Assembly: GCF_001194135.2 (NCBI RefSeq)
Contig: NC_069007.1
Location: forward strand, 886,425 to 950,424
Direction: 5' to 3'
Length of the DNA: 64,000 bases
Source of the DNA: Octopus bimaculoides
Lineage: Eukaryota
Of this stretch, positions 25,990-39,814 are shown piece by piece. The notes under the pieces are model-generated. The model did not search any database, was not told where the DNA came from, and saw only the letters and a program-made list of their open reading frames with translations. The first letter of the stretch is position 1. Each line of letters opens with the position of its first letter. The translations under genes were made by a program, and so were the position numbers.

Positions 25990-26250
25990 CATTGTTTAAT
26001 CTTTAATTCCACGTTACTTTCGTAATTTATATTATCACTGCTCGAGCTTTTATTTGGATATTAATTAATATTCCATAGCGTTTCTTTTTTCCTGATGTTT
26101 TGTGAATTTCGGCACAGAATGGTGGTTTAACCAAGAAATTCTTTAATATCTTTCTCAGTTCGTTTGTTTCATTAAGTTTTCTTTCATATTATTGTATTAA
26201 AGTATTTCGCTTCGTTTTGAGCAATAAATTTTCTGAAGCCATTATCAACC
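25990..26250 (-). mobile_element. Possible highly decayed Penelope-like remnant
   Basis: Minus-strand RKILKNFLVKPPFCAEIHKTSGKR loosely resembles the RKRNIIWFNPPF..TNIGK linker of Penelope-like ORFs. Weak. Confidence 0.25.
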
Positions 26251-26640
26251 AAACATACTAATTAAATATAGGAATCTAAAAGAGGATGTATATATTCTAA
26301 CAATAAGATTTCATTTCTAAAATTCCTGCGATACATTCTACAGGATTCATAGTCATATATTATAAAAGAAGACTTTACTGGTGTTAATTACATATTACAC
26401 CCTGAAGATAACAGGTGGAAATTCTAGAAACATCGAAGATTGATTTAAGAATTCAAATGTCTCAAAGACATTGCAACAGACCCAAATGGGAATGTAGAAA
26501 AATACCTTAATAAAAAGAAAGGTAGAACAGAACAACATCGTGTTCCCTACACATCACACAATTGCTACCCCCCACATACACAGACGCACAGACACACACT
26601 TACGCATATACATACATTTATATATGTACGCATACATTTA

Positions 26641-26671
<31 letters not shown>

Positions 26672-26693
26672 CTACATATATATATATATATAA

Positions 26694-26727
<34 letters not shown>

Positions 26728-27146
26728 GTACATGCATATATACAAATAGATATGTATGTCTGTATGTATGCATGTATCCACGCCACAGCGTTTCGTTTTC
26801 TCAGCAAAATATTTCGTGTTTCCTTTCTCTCTATGCCGTTATGTTTAATGCGTTTCCTGTTTTGTGTATAACTAAAGAATGTTTTATGTGATTTTCAAAT
26901 ATAACATTGTATTTTCGGAAAATAGAATCTTCACAAACATAGAATAGACGACTGAACTGCTGAATTAAAGCATAGAATATGTATTGTACATGGCGAATCA
27001 ATAATATAACCTAGATATCACTAGATAAATCCCTCCAGAATATACGAAGGGAGTTTTTTTTTTTCTCAAAATATGAAAATTATGTTTAACATACACCATT
27101 AAGAACAGGGGTTTTAATAATCGGAATACACGCACGCAGACAGACA

Positions 27147-27192
<46 letters not shown>

Positions 27193-27633
27193 TCCGCACG
27201 CGCGTACGTATTAACACAGCCATGAAAAATAAATGACAAACAAATAATAGACATCCTTTTTAAATAATGCATTGAACTGTATGCGTTTACTATGAAAAAT
27301 GTATTTTCTGATAACATTTGTTTTTGAAAATAACCTTCAACGTAGGAGTTGTGTGGTTGTCGATCAACTCGCTAGAAATAGCAACAAAATATCCTCAAAC
27401 CTCATCCTGGCTTGTTTACAGAACGGTGGGACTCAATGAGGTACCTAAATTTACATTTACAAAATAAATAAGTATTGTGCAATCATTCAGGGTGTATTTA
27501 AAGCAGGGCGACCGCTGCAGCAACAACGACCTCCAATATTGCATAAATTCCTGAATACATAGAATTGGAATCAAATGGGAACTTATATCAAAAACCTTAG
27601 TAATACTATGTCTGATCAGTAAGTATCTGTTCT

Positions 27634-27647
27634 GTTGCCATAGTAAC
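27634..27647. promoter_or_regulatory. RFX X-box-like motif GTTGCCATAGTAAC
   Basis: Matches GTHNYY-AT-RRNAAC; no associated gene identified. Confidence 0.2.
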
Positions 27648-29654
27648 GAAGCTATGTCATGGTCAATGCGACGATGACATGCTACACACCTTCTTTCCAA
27701 GTACTGCTGAAAACAGGTGGAAGTGAGCTAGAATGTTAAACCTTTGTGCCCAGGCACAGCAGGGTTAAAGGTGCGTCTGTACCAACTGGCTTTACTCTGC
27801 ATGTTTTGGCTTCGCTACTTTCGCAACAGTCTTGTTACTTATTGATCAGACCAAGTATATTTGTGAAAACGAATTCTTTTCGGAGCAATGTGCTCATTTT
27901 GACAAATGCATTGTGAATGGTATCTCTTCCATATAAGCACTCACACACACACACACACACACACACGCACGCACACACACACACACACACGGAGGTTTTC
28001 TTATACATCAATGCTAGACTTTGGTCTATGCCATTTTAAACGAGCTGGCAGTAGAATTTGTTGACTGAAGATTGACGCGTATCGGTCACGAATTCGTACG
28101 GTGTTTGTATTGAATAAACAACTCGCTCGTCACCAATAATTTATAGAGAACTCGTCCTTTCCAACTACATGGAAGTGTAGACATTATATACGCGTATGTC
28201 TGTGTGTTTATGCAAGTATATGTATATATGTGTGTGCATGTGTGAAACTCTTTCTTCCCATCTACATGGAAATGTAGATATTATATGTGTGTGCCTGTGT
28301 TTATGCAGGTATATGTGTATATATATAAACGTGTGTCTGTGTGTGTGTGTGGGAGTGTATTATTCCGTGTCTGTATGTACGTATCTGTGTATTTGTGCGT
28401 ATGTGTGTGTGTGTGTTTCTTCCGTGGAGTATGGGAACCAATACGTTTGAATTACTAATACGGTTTTGTATATATTCTCAACTGTTTCAGCGGAGTTGTC
28501 TCCTCTTCTTTAAATGCCTGCTTTCCATTTCTGCAACCGCCGAGAACGATGAAACAGACGTAAACGAATTAACGGCAAAAATATATTGGACAAAATATCT
28601 TTTGAGTGGGTTGCCAATGCATGGCCATGTTCGAATGACGAATGAACTGAGACAAAAAGACAAAAAAAAAATGAATAAATATTTTACAAAACTAATATAT
28701 CTGAAAGACACAGCTAGAACGACAGAATTTTTTTCAGAGATACTTTACTTCGATATTTTTTTTTCTCTTGCTAAATACTGCTGAATCTAGTTGTCAATAT
28801 ATGCGGCAGGTGTTTGAAACGGTTTAAAGTTCCGAAGAAAGTTTCGAAAATCTATAAACTCTCAAGATATTACACTTTGACATTTATTTCAATCGATAAT
28901 GAAGCTAAAGGAACCAATAGGCGAAGTCTATACAGAATCTTGGTCTCAACTCGAAACAAAACATTTCTATAATTTATATTTTTAAAATTATTTTTGTCAA
29001 TGATTCATGGCGTTGAAAACATTCCAGTGCAAGGCCTAACAGTTCGAACGGGTTTCTTCATAAATTTGTTGGTTGATGAGAGTAAAACGACGAAATCAGC
29101 AACACTAAGGAATGAAAGGTATTCTTCATTAACGGTGGATGGTCACGTTCGGCTTGTGTCACTTTAATCTAAGCTATAAAATGAAATAAAAGGAAAACCT
29201 AAATGCTTACTATGTTGCAACGTGAGTGTAATCGAGTAAATATCTCGGTTTGGGATTATCGTCTTAATCCTACATGTCTACTAAGAATGTTTGTTAATAA
29301 AATTTCCAATATCAACTGCAACTTTCTTTGTTCAATTAATTAAACTTGATCTGACGATATATATGATCGAGCCATTTCAGGATCAAAGAGAAGCCACCCG
29401 TGGCCATCTCTCAAGTTCGACAGGGATATTATATCATTGCTATTTTTGTGACCTACGCTGAAATCCTAAAATACTGGCCTGCTATTTCTAGCAGGTCCAG
29501 CACACACCGAAGTTGTTTCGTTACATTCTTTGGTCTCTTAGAGCGACGCTGATATAAAGAATTTATTGTAATTTTTGCTTCTATTATCACTCATCAGATG
29601 GCGCGTAATAAAAGGAATATGATTGAAAGACAGTTCTGCCACTGTGGCTTCGAA

Positions 29655-29828
29655 ACCGGCGTTGGTTTGTTTATTCCTACCACCACCAATAAATTAGCAG
29701 TTCGGCAAAATAGTCGAAACGAAATAATATGTTAAGAGTCATAAAAACAAATAAGAAATGGATTCAATATGTTTGAAGAAAATTTTCAACGCGGTGCCCC
29801 AGTATGGCCGCACTCCGATAATTGAAAC
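29655..29828 (+). mobile_element. SINE family A 3' half, degenerate
   Basis: ttagcagttcggcaaaatag and gcggtgccccagtatggccgca. Confidence 0.55.
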
Positions 29829-29839
29829 GCTGTAAAAAC

Positions 29840-29985
29840 CGGGAACTGATGCGACCTACTGGCAGAAACAATTTTCATGCTTGCACAGGAGGGATGACGT
29901 TATTTCCCACCAGAGGGATTGTGCTCAGGTAGCATTGATTTTGGTGGGAAGAATAAAATCCGATACTTTTTGAATCCACCTCGTA
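29840..29985 (-). mobile_element. Solo end of a Tc1/mariner-type element
   Basis: Reverse complement of 29959-29985 reads TA-cgaggtggattcaaaaagtatcgga, a mariner-type TIR pattern; partner TIR not found. Confidence 0.5.
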
Positions 29986-31822
29986 AAAAATAGCTCTCTT
30001 TGAGGAACGAAGAGAGACGGAAACACAACGCCATAGTTATTTTTCCTGGGTGCACATTTAATACGATGATGAAAATAGCGAATTACCTTATGTCCGGTAT
30101 AAAACAGATGAATTTTAAAAATATTCAAAAATCTGGAAATGACAGTCCGAGGAGATACGCAAACAATTTAAAATTGTATTTCATTAAAAATTTATTAAGT
30201 TCGTCTTATTGGGAAAAAAAGAATGATTTATTTCGTTAGCAAGTCAGTGTTGCAATTGGTTAACTGTTCAGGAAATCTGATTTCCGGCTTAATTGTTGAT
30301 TATTCTAACTTCCGTTAGTTTCGATAGATTCGTTGTAATAGTATTCATTAGTTGATTGAACTCTTTGTTATTATTATTTTTTTTATTATGTCATTAAGCT
30401 GATGGCTAAAAATCTGAACTTACTTAACGCCTTCAACATATTCACACACGGACTCTGATCTAAATATCGTCAGCCATTTTCTATTGAGCAACATTGTGGA
30501 TATAAAGTCTTCACAGAGTGGAATAATTTATTTTTGCCTTAAGGAAAGAAGAAATGCAAGGTTTCAGGTAGGGACCGTTCAGTTGAGGGGAGAGGTATAA
30601 ATAATTACTACTCAATTACCGCTGAGGTGAGACTTTGACAGAGTAGAAAACTTTTATTTTTTTAAGATGCGTGAGTATAAGCATGTGCAGCATAGCCCAT
30701 CCCTCTCTCCTTTTCTCTCTCTCACACAGATACACATATATATGCATATTTGTATATATTTATTTACATACACAGGTATGTATAAAATGAGATGAAACAA
30801 ACAGGAGAAATAGACATGAATCCATCTATCTGTAGCTCCTTCTATTCATTGTCTAGCAATATAACTCTCCCCATCACTGACACACTCACTCTCTCTCTTT
30901 CTCTCTCTTCTTGCCACTGGCAGTGACGCTTGACGTCTTATTGTCTACTGAGCAACAACCTTCTTTAGAAACACACACCGGAACATCCATGCAGAAAGCA
31001 TTAAACGGAATAAAAACAGAGACTCCGGACCTCATCAACCTTCGCATCCAGCCTCGAAAGGGTTGGGCCTGCTTGTCTACAATCGGACTCGTTGGGCTTC
31101 AACAAGCTTCCAACCGACAGGATCACCCATCCCCATGGTCACGGCTGATAGGCATCTCATCATGTATTTATTCAACGAGAACACACATCGACGTAAACAA
31201 TAGCAACAGTTAAAAGGACGGCAACAAAAATGATAAGAATAGCGACAGCGAAACAAATGGTGGCATTTGTAGGTGGTATCTTTAGCTGCTAGAAATAGCA
31301 GCTGCAACCCTTGAAAACACGCCCTTTCGCACTAGAAAAATACAGGCAAGCATTACCTATTTGATGATTTTGATATACATATATTTTAGTTAAGAACAAA
31401 TTCTTCGTACTCAGAGTGTGAATGGCCTAGGTCATAAAGATAACTATTTGATCACCAATGCCTTCCAGTTAAATACCAAGAATGACAAAAACAACAGCAA
31501 TAATAACTAATGTTTCGAGTTTATGCGTCACATAAACAAAACCAAGAATTAATTCCAGTTTCAATGACGTTCTGAAGAAGAAGAGTGGAATATGAGGCGT
31601 TCACAAAAGATTTTTTGAAAAATATAATCTATGAAATCATGAAATAAAGATTTTATCACGTTTTACTTTCAGAAAGAAAACACAAATGAAAGAAAGAAAA
31701 TTTCTCTTTGACATCATCATATAAAGAAAACTATACACTTGGCAAAACGCTGCTTACATTTGTGCATATGTGTGTGCATATGTGTGTGTGTGTGTGTGTG
31801 TATGTATGTGTCTGTGTGTGTA

Positions 31823-31868
<46 letters not shown>

Positions 31869-33296
31869 CACACACACACACACAAACGCTCACACTTATG
31901 TTCAAGAATACGCATATATATATATATNNNNNNNNNNNNNNNNNNNNNNNNNNNNNNNNNNNNNNNNNNNNNNNNNNNNNNNNNNNNNNNNNNNNNNNNN
32001 NNNNNNNNNNNNNNNNNNNNNNNNNNNNNNNNNNNNNNNNNNNNNNNNNNNNNNNNNNNNNNNNNNNNNNNNNNNNNNNNNNNNNNNNNNNNNNNNNNNN
32101 NNNNNNNNNNNNNNNNNNNNNNNNNNNNNNNNNNNNNNNNNNNNNNNNNNNNNNNNNNNNNNNNNNNNNNNNNNNNNNNNNNNNNNNNNNNNNNNNNNNN
32201 NNNNNNNNNNNNNNNNNNNNNNNNNNNNNNNNNNNNNNNNNNNNNNNNNNNNNNNNNNNNNNNNNNNNNNNNNNNNNNNNNNNNNNNNNNNNNNNNNNNN
32301 NNNNNNNNNNNNNNNNNNNNNNNNNNNNNNNNNNNNNNNNNNNNNNNNNNNNNNNNNNNNNNNNNNNNNNNNNNNNNNNNNNNNNNNNNNNNNNNNNNNN
32401 NNNNNNNNNNNNNNNNNNNNNNNNNNNNNNNNNNNNNNNNNNNNNNNNNNNNNNNNNNNNNNNNNNNNNNNNNNNNNNNNNNNNNNNNNNNNNNNNNNNN
32501 NNNNNNNNNNNNNNNNNNNNNNNNNNNNNNNNNNNNNNNNNNNNNNNNNNNNNNNNNNNNNNNNNNNNNNNNNNNNNNNNNNNNNNNNATATATATATAT
32601 ATATATATATACAAATACATTGAGATATATGTGATCTATACTCACACACACTTCGATACGTATAACGGATATGGGAAAATCGTTTACCAGTCAATATAGA
32701 GTATGCTTTCTTAATGATTAACAAAGAGTAACATTTTTATCCAAGCTCATGAATTGCCGCTTGTCCTAAACACGTTGCTTCTCAGTTGCAATTAGTACAG
32801 ATTGAAGGCAAAAGTCATTATGTACAGACATGAATCTTTATATCACTAATAGAACAGCAATGTTTATTGCATGATTGAGAATCTTCTGTTGTTTCAAGAA
32901 GCGACAGAGCGTTCATTATTAGCTCGGTTTCTCCATATAAATTCATGTGACGACGCCACGATGGTCAACTAATTTTTCTTCAATTTTTCATTTGAATATT
33001 ATGTTTCTTAGATCAGCGTGAAAGCATAGATTCTGTCTTGCGACATAGCATTTTCATTTCCTTTTCTATAACTCAAACTAAAACTGTATTTCATAATTAA
33101 CCTTTATCACCGATTTTTATTATAAAAACGAATTCAGTTATAAGTCTTCTCATCTGACACTTGTAAAACAGTGGAGCAAAAAGATTTTTCTTTTACGTTT
33201 GTCCCAAAATATAATAAGATAATAAATGATCTCCGAATCTAGTGTCAGCACGCTAACAAACACATGAATTAATGTATGTATGTATTATGCGTGTAT

Positions 33297-33570
33297 GGGG
33301 GCGCAACGGCCCAGTGGTTAAGGCAGCGGACTCGCAGTCATAGAATCGCGGTTTCGATTCCCACACCGGGCGTTGTGAGTGTTTATTGAGCAAAAACGCA
33401 TAAAGCTCCACGTGGTTCCAGCAGGGGATGGTGGCGAACACTGCTGTATTCTTCCACCACTACTTTCTCTCACTCTGTCTTCCTCTTTCTGTTCTACCTG
33501 TATTTCAAAGGGCCAGCCTTGCCACACACTGAATCTCCCCGAGAACTACGCTAAGGGTACATGTGTCTGT
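33297..33570 (+). mobile_element. tRNA-derived SINE family B, near full length, 3'-truncated
   Basis: Head ggcgcaacggcccagtggttaaggcagcggactcg..ggtttcgattccc (A/B boxes) followed by non-tRNA body; tail overlaps those at 9575-9842 and 60760-61010. Confidence 0.9.
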
Positions 33571-33596
33571 ATATATATGTATATATATGTATATAT

Positions 33597-33642
33597 TTTC
33601 TCACTTCCCGAGCGTTAAACTAATACATCTGTTTGTTGTTTA
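33597..33642 (+). mobile_element. Second partial copy of the 12008-12214 repeat, cut by an N gap
   Basis: tttctcacttcccgagcgttaaactaatacatctgtttgttgttta vs reverse complement of 12049-12093 (tttccgtattcccgagcgtcatactaatatatacttttgttattta). Confidence 0.6.
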
Positions 33643-35560
33643 NNNNNNNNNNNNNNNNNNNNNNNNNNNNNNNNNNNNNNNNNNNNNNNNNNNNNNNNNN
33701 NNNNNNNNNNNNNNNNNNNNNNNNNNNNNNNNNNNNNNNNNNNNNNNNNNNNNNNNNNNNNNNNNNNNNNNNNNNNNNNNNNNNNNNNNNNNNNNNNNNN
33801 NNNNNNNNNNNNNNNNNNNNNNNNNNNNNNNNNNNNNNNNNNNNNNNNNNNNNNNNNNNNNNNNNNNNNNNNNNNNNNNNNNNNNNNNNNNNNNNNNNNN
33901 NNNNNNNNNNNNNNNNNNNNNNNNNNNNNNNNNNNNNNNNNNNNNNNNNNNNNNNNNNNNNNNNNNNNNNNNNNNNNNNNNNNNNNNNNNNNNNNNNNNN
34001 NNNNNNNNNNNNNNNNNNNNNNNNNNNNNNNNNNNNNNNNNNNNNNNNNNNNNNNNNNNNNNNNNNNNNNNNNNNNNNNNNNNNNNNNNNNNNNNNNNNN
34101 NNNNNNNNNNNNNNNNNNNNNNNNNNNNNNNNNNNNNNNNNNNNNNNNNNNNNNNNNNNNNNNNNNNNNNNNNNNNNNNNNNNNNNNNNNNNNNNNNNNN
34201 NNNNNNNNNNNNNNNNNNNNNNNNNNNNNNNNNNNNNNNNNNNNNNNNNNNNNNNNNNNNNNNNNNNNNNNNNNNNNNNNNNNNNNNNNNNNNNNNNNNN
34301 NNNNNNNNNNNNNNNNNNNNNNNNNNNNNNNNNNNNNNNNNNNNNNNNNNNNNNNNNNNNNNNNNNNNNNNNNNNNNNNNNNNNNNNNNNNNNNNNNNNN
34401 NNNNNNNNNNNNNNNNNNNNNNNNNNNNNNNNNNNNNNNNNNNNNNNNNNNNNNNNNNNNNNNNNNNNNNNNNNNNNNNNNNNNNNNNNNNNNNNNNNNN
34501 NNNNNNNNNNNNNNNNNNNNNNNNNNNNNNNNNNNNNNNNNNNNNNNNNNNNNNNNNNNNNNNNNNNNNNNNNNNNNNNNNNNNNNNNTAGATAGATAGA
34601 TAGATATATAGATAGATAGATAGATAGATACATACATAGATAAATATACATATATCCATATACATGTGTGATAGATAGATAGATATATAGATAGATTGAT
34701 AGATAGATAGTATTCCGTCATTTGTAAACAAAGACAATCCACCATTTACCGCTGGTCCCTCGGTTTTTCTCAGCCGTTATCCCTACAGATATACATCGTT
34801 TTTTTGTCTTTTCTTAACTGTAGTATGGAATGATGGTTTACTAATTTGACTGCTGCATCAAATCGTGGGTCGATGGATAGATAGACAACGCATTTGGACA
34901 GGTAGACAAAAGGTTACGTAGACAGATGATACCTTATGATAACCCAACGACAGAAATAGCAATGATTTGTTGATAAACAAATACAAGGTCAATTACAGCA
35001 AGATACCGTTTCATTTCTTCTTTCTATCGCGTTTACTACGTATGGTTTAGTTTAACATGTAAGCAATTACAATACGTCCATGTACTTATATAATATTAAA
35101 GATCGGCTAATAGACTTTTCGGTATAGACTTGTTAGCAAGTCAAACATTATAATTGACAATCAACAAATTTATTTCCAGGCCGTTCGTCTGTGAATACTA
35201 AATATATTTTACTGTGTTAGACGTTGAATATTTCGTGTTAGATTCACTACAGGCAAGATTAGATGTACATCTTAAGATAATTTACATTGCAAATGTTTGT
35301 ATTAATGCAATTTTCCTTCGTTGTATGAGAAATGTCTTCGTTTTTCAGCAGAAATTCCCCAGATGACGAAAATGAATAGTATGTATGTACGTATGTAATG
35401 CATGTATGTATGTAATGCATGTATGTATGTATATATGTACATACATATACATACGTGAATAAAACGAAAATCTATTTAATATCAAATACATACAAAACAC
35501 TCTTGTTCAGTTCTCTGGTGAGCAGAGACAGAATCATTTATGTTATACTAACTCGCCAAT

Positions 35561-35600
<40 letters not shown>

Positions 35601-36564
35601 CTTCACTTGGAATTATTATTACTATTATTATTATCATTATCATCATCATCTTTATTATTAGTTAGTAGTAGTGGTGGTTGTGATGGTGGTAGCAGTTGTT
35701 GTCGTTGTTGTTGTTGTTGTTGTGGTGGTGGTGGTGATGGTGGTGGCAGTGTAGATATTCGTGCTGAAGATAGCATGAGTAAGAGTGGATGGAAATGATT
35801 TCGGAGTCCAATGAATTTTGGCTCGTATTTTCCTCCTTTCTAAGACGAAAATAATAGAAAATTACCCGCGGAATTATTGAGAATGTGGGCGAAGGTACGG
35901 ACTGTGATTTGATTAGAATACAATCTTTGCGAAACCATTAATACATATGTGTGTGCCTAGAGAGAAGGTACTCTATGGCCCAATGTTTAAGAAGTTCGTT
36001 TCGCAGCCACCTGGTCCTGATTCCGATCCCAGATACACCAGGAGAGCATATTTTATGTAACCGCTGGTCGATCCATATTTTGTGATTGAAATTGAGGGGA
36101 TGGAAGCTGGATAGCCGCGTCAAGCACTGATTCTACCTTAGAATTAAAGGTAGACGTGCCTGTGGAATTCCACGCGTTAATTCATGAGCAAGTCAAAGGA
36201 TCGGACAAGTGAATCCTCAAAGCCGAGCGACTTTGCTTTTACTGTTATAAGACAGTAAAAGTAAACACATATAGATGAAATATAGTTATAAGAAAACTCA
36301 GATGAAACGTCACGCCAAGAACTTCTGTGAATATAAATCTGTTAAGATTAAATAGACAAAAACAAAACAAAAATCCAAAAAACGAGCTAGCTAGGAACTT
36401 ACGACGGGATTGTTTGAATGGCTTGACATAAGCGTCATAATTCTGCTAACTACGGTCCTACTATCTTTAAAAGGATAGGCTGGAATATTGGTTATTGTAG
36501 TCTCCACGCACGGGTAAAGAGTGTAATAAGAGACTGGTAGATGCGCGAATGTGATAATGCATAA

Positions 36565-36790
36565 GAATGAGGAATGGTTTATAACATCAGAAATGAGATG
36601 GTGCTTGGAGAGCTGTAAAATGTGGTTATTAAGGAAAATATTGAGAACAGCATGGACAAAAAGGAAAACTAAATCTATTTGATATCACATCGTACTATAT
36701 TGCGATGAGAAGGAGTTATTGGAGAACCTAGTCGTGAATTATTGATGGTCAGGGAGAGAAGGTGTTTGATATTATGTCATCTCCAAGATG
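36565..36790 (+). mobile_element. RTE-clade LINE 3' fragment
   Basis: EWFITSEMRWCLESCKMWLLRKILRTAWTKRKT (from 36572) and later ELLENLVV; compare ESWT..LEAFEMWFYRRMLRISWTERKTN and GLENLVVTG. Confidence 0.8.
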
Positions 36791-36995
36791 GATGTTGCTG
36801 GACCAAACAAAGACAGGTATTGAGCTTCCATAACGATTTTATAACCAAAATTCCCTCCTTTCTCCTTCTCTCACTTTCTTTCTCACCCCTCTCTTTATTT
36901 CTAAGTACACGCACACACTCTCTCCTTTTCTATAAGCACACAGATACCCTCTCTCGTGCATACACACTCCCTCTCCTTCCCTTTAAGCACACACA

Positions 36996-37052
<57 letters not shown>

Positions 37053-37469
37053 CCACTGCCATTATGTAGCAACCTCCAGCGAACAAAACACGAGTATCCT
37101 CTAGTGTTGTCACCTAATTACTGTTTGTATAAAAGCTAGGAAGGAAGGTCACGGACGGACGAACACAAGAGAAAATGTCAGACACCACAGGGCTTCTTTA
37201 CCAGCCAGATTTAGCCTTAATTTAATGGCAGGGATACTCTTTTAGAAATGAGATATTTTGCTGGATGTTCACAGTTTGAACTGCTTTGTAATTATGGCTA
37301 ATGGATTAGGATTGATTTGGCGCTGGAACAACAACAGAAAACTCAACAATAGCAGCTGCTGCAACAACATCGACAACAACAAGAAAATTAAGAACTATAA
37401 CAACAAGTGCTTCAACAACGATAACAGCCACAAAAATATGCGTTTTTTATTTAATCCCGAGGTTAGATA

Positions 37470-37590
37470 TTTGAGGCGGGCGGAGCTTAGTCGATAGCAT
37501 CCATTTTGTACTTGATTGGGACTTTATATGAATCGACCAAAGAACATTGAAAAGCAAAGTTGACTACGATGGGATTTACCCACAGTGTGA
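37470..37590 (-). mobile_element. SINE family C fragment, degenerate
   Basis: Reverse complement gives gtcaactttgcttttc..ggtcgat..atcgactaagctcc. Confidence 0.5.
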
Positions 37591-38659
37591 GAGAGAATTA
37601 CAAATAGGTATTTATGTGATGCAGTAAATTTTTGTCAATTCTCCTCAACAATATGAAAAGCAATCAAAAAACAAAAAAACAAAAAATGTCCACACCCTCA
37701 CTAAGACTTCCAGGATCCTCACCATGACCAACACCAACGATCGAGACGTAGTCTTAGAATTGCAAAACAAATTTGCCGCACCATTACAACCTGCAGTCAT
37801 TGTCTTTCTCTTGTTAATTGTTGTTTAAACGAAATCTCACTCAAATAATAGTTTAACGATTCAGTTGGATAAGCCTTTTGAAGAATTTAAGTCTAGGTAT
37901 AAGAACAAACAAGAAGGTGGTGGTGGTGACGGTTTGATGCCTTTCAACTATGGTTCTACGCGATAAGAGGCGACGTGGGCCAAACAAGAACAACAACATC
38001 GTCAACAACAACACTGAAAACATAACGAATGACTGAACGAAACCTTCCCAAATCTGTAGAACAAGCAACAAAACCAAACTTGCTTTCAGCAATGATTGTT
38101 CCTTCAATAATCGACTGTAATAATATAAACTCGTTCTGCTATATTTTTGTTTGTGCAGTCATCATTGTTCTTTGTTCCCTGATAGATGTGTTAAACAACG
38201 TTCATGATTGTCTATTTGTTTTTAGTTCGCTACATCCTTTTTTTTTTTTTTTTTTCTCTATGGTGGTCTTTTTCCCTCATTTCTTCCCACTGATTTCTGG
38301 TTTTATCGTTTCTAAACTAAAGAACAACGAAAATATATTTTGTTTTTCTCTCTCTCTTTCACCATCTCTCAGTGTTTGGTAAACTAGACTGGAAGTAATA
38401 CGACGTTGGCCCAACTAATCTAACATCTCATTCCATTCTGTGATACGTTTTTCCTTTTTTTTTCCCTCTCATATTGATTCCCGTTCTTGCACCATTGTTA
38501 ACCCCCATCCCACACATGACCCTCACCACATACAAAAAAGACAAAAAGAATTGTTGACATTGACTTTTTATTTATTATATTTTATAATTTTTATCTCTAT
38601 TTTTATGTATATTTTTATATATAATATTACTGTTCATTTTGCTTGTATATATAGCGAAT

Positions 38660-38710
38660 AAGAATGGCTGCATATGTGTATATGTATGTATGTGTGTGTT
38701 TGTGTATGAC

Positions 38711-38758
<48 letters not shown>

Positions 38759-39112
38759 TATATACATATATTTACACTTAAATGTATATATATAAACATA
38801 TATATATACATATATGTGTCTATATATATATACATATATATACCTATATATCCCTATATATACATAAATATTTATATATATATATACATATATATATACC
38901 TATATATCCCTATATATACATATATATCTATATATATACATATACATGCCTATATATATATATACATATACATGCCTATATATATATATATATACATAGC
39001 TATATATATATATACATACCTATATATATATATACATATACATACCTATATATATATATATATATACATATACATACCTATATATATATATATATATATA
39101 TACATATACAAA

Positions 39113-39161
<49 letters not shown>

Positions 39162-39400
39162 GTCTGTATATATGTACTAGTTATGTATATTATTTCTTCA
39201 TATGAATATATAAACTTATGCATTTACATTTTGTATATAACTGTATATCTATGAATATACATTTCTTTATATGAATGTATATACATGCGTACCTACATAC
39301 ATATATGTATATATAAACTACATACATATAAACATATCTATACACACACATACATATATAGATACCTACATTATATATATATATATATATACATATATAA
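38660..39400. repeat. (TA)n-based complex microsatellite with catacatacc(ta)n units
   Basis: Directly visible; source of the long YIYI ORFs. Confidence 0.95.
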
Positions 39401-39781
39401 ACTTCTAAACATATGTTCGAAAGCATGCACGTAGATATAGATGTATATTCGCTTACATTTGTGCGTATTATATTTATGAGTGTAGCACAGTATTCCTCAC
39501 TGTTTTCACTAACCGTTCACATATTGATGTATGGCCGTGCAAATGTGTGTCAGTATGCGTGATTGGGTGTTATTTATTTATTATTATTTTTTGACCAATA
39601 CACATATATCTAACTAATGTTTTGGTTAGAGCAGTAAACATTGCAACAATTTGTTCACTTTCCAACGTCTGAGCCATTTTTCTATTTCGTTCTCTATTTA
39701 ACTACCATTACATTACATCACTCAATTAGAGAAATGTGCGTTTCTATATACATACATATGTCTATACACACATATTGGTTC

Positions 39782-39814
<33 letters not shown>

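Noticed and set aside
28341-28784. 147-aa ORF / exon after ctgtttcag
   Set aside because: Begins in a TG microsatellite, includes an A-run, and has no recognisable domain or strong donor.
30989-31110. Sulfotransferase-like YNR..ASTSF resemblance (VYNRTRWASTSF)
   Set aside because: Lacks the PKT residues of the PAPS-binding loop, spacing is off, and the flanks do not match.
33297-33370. tRNA gene
   Set aside because: A/B boxes are present but the sequence continues into a SINE body and I see no acceptor stem closure or T-run terminator; it is a SINE head.
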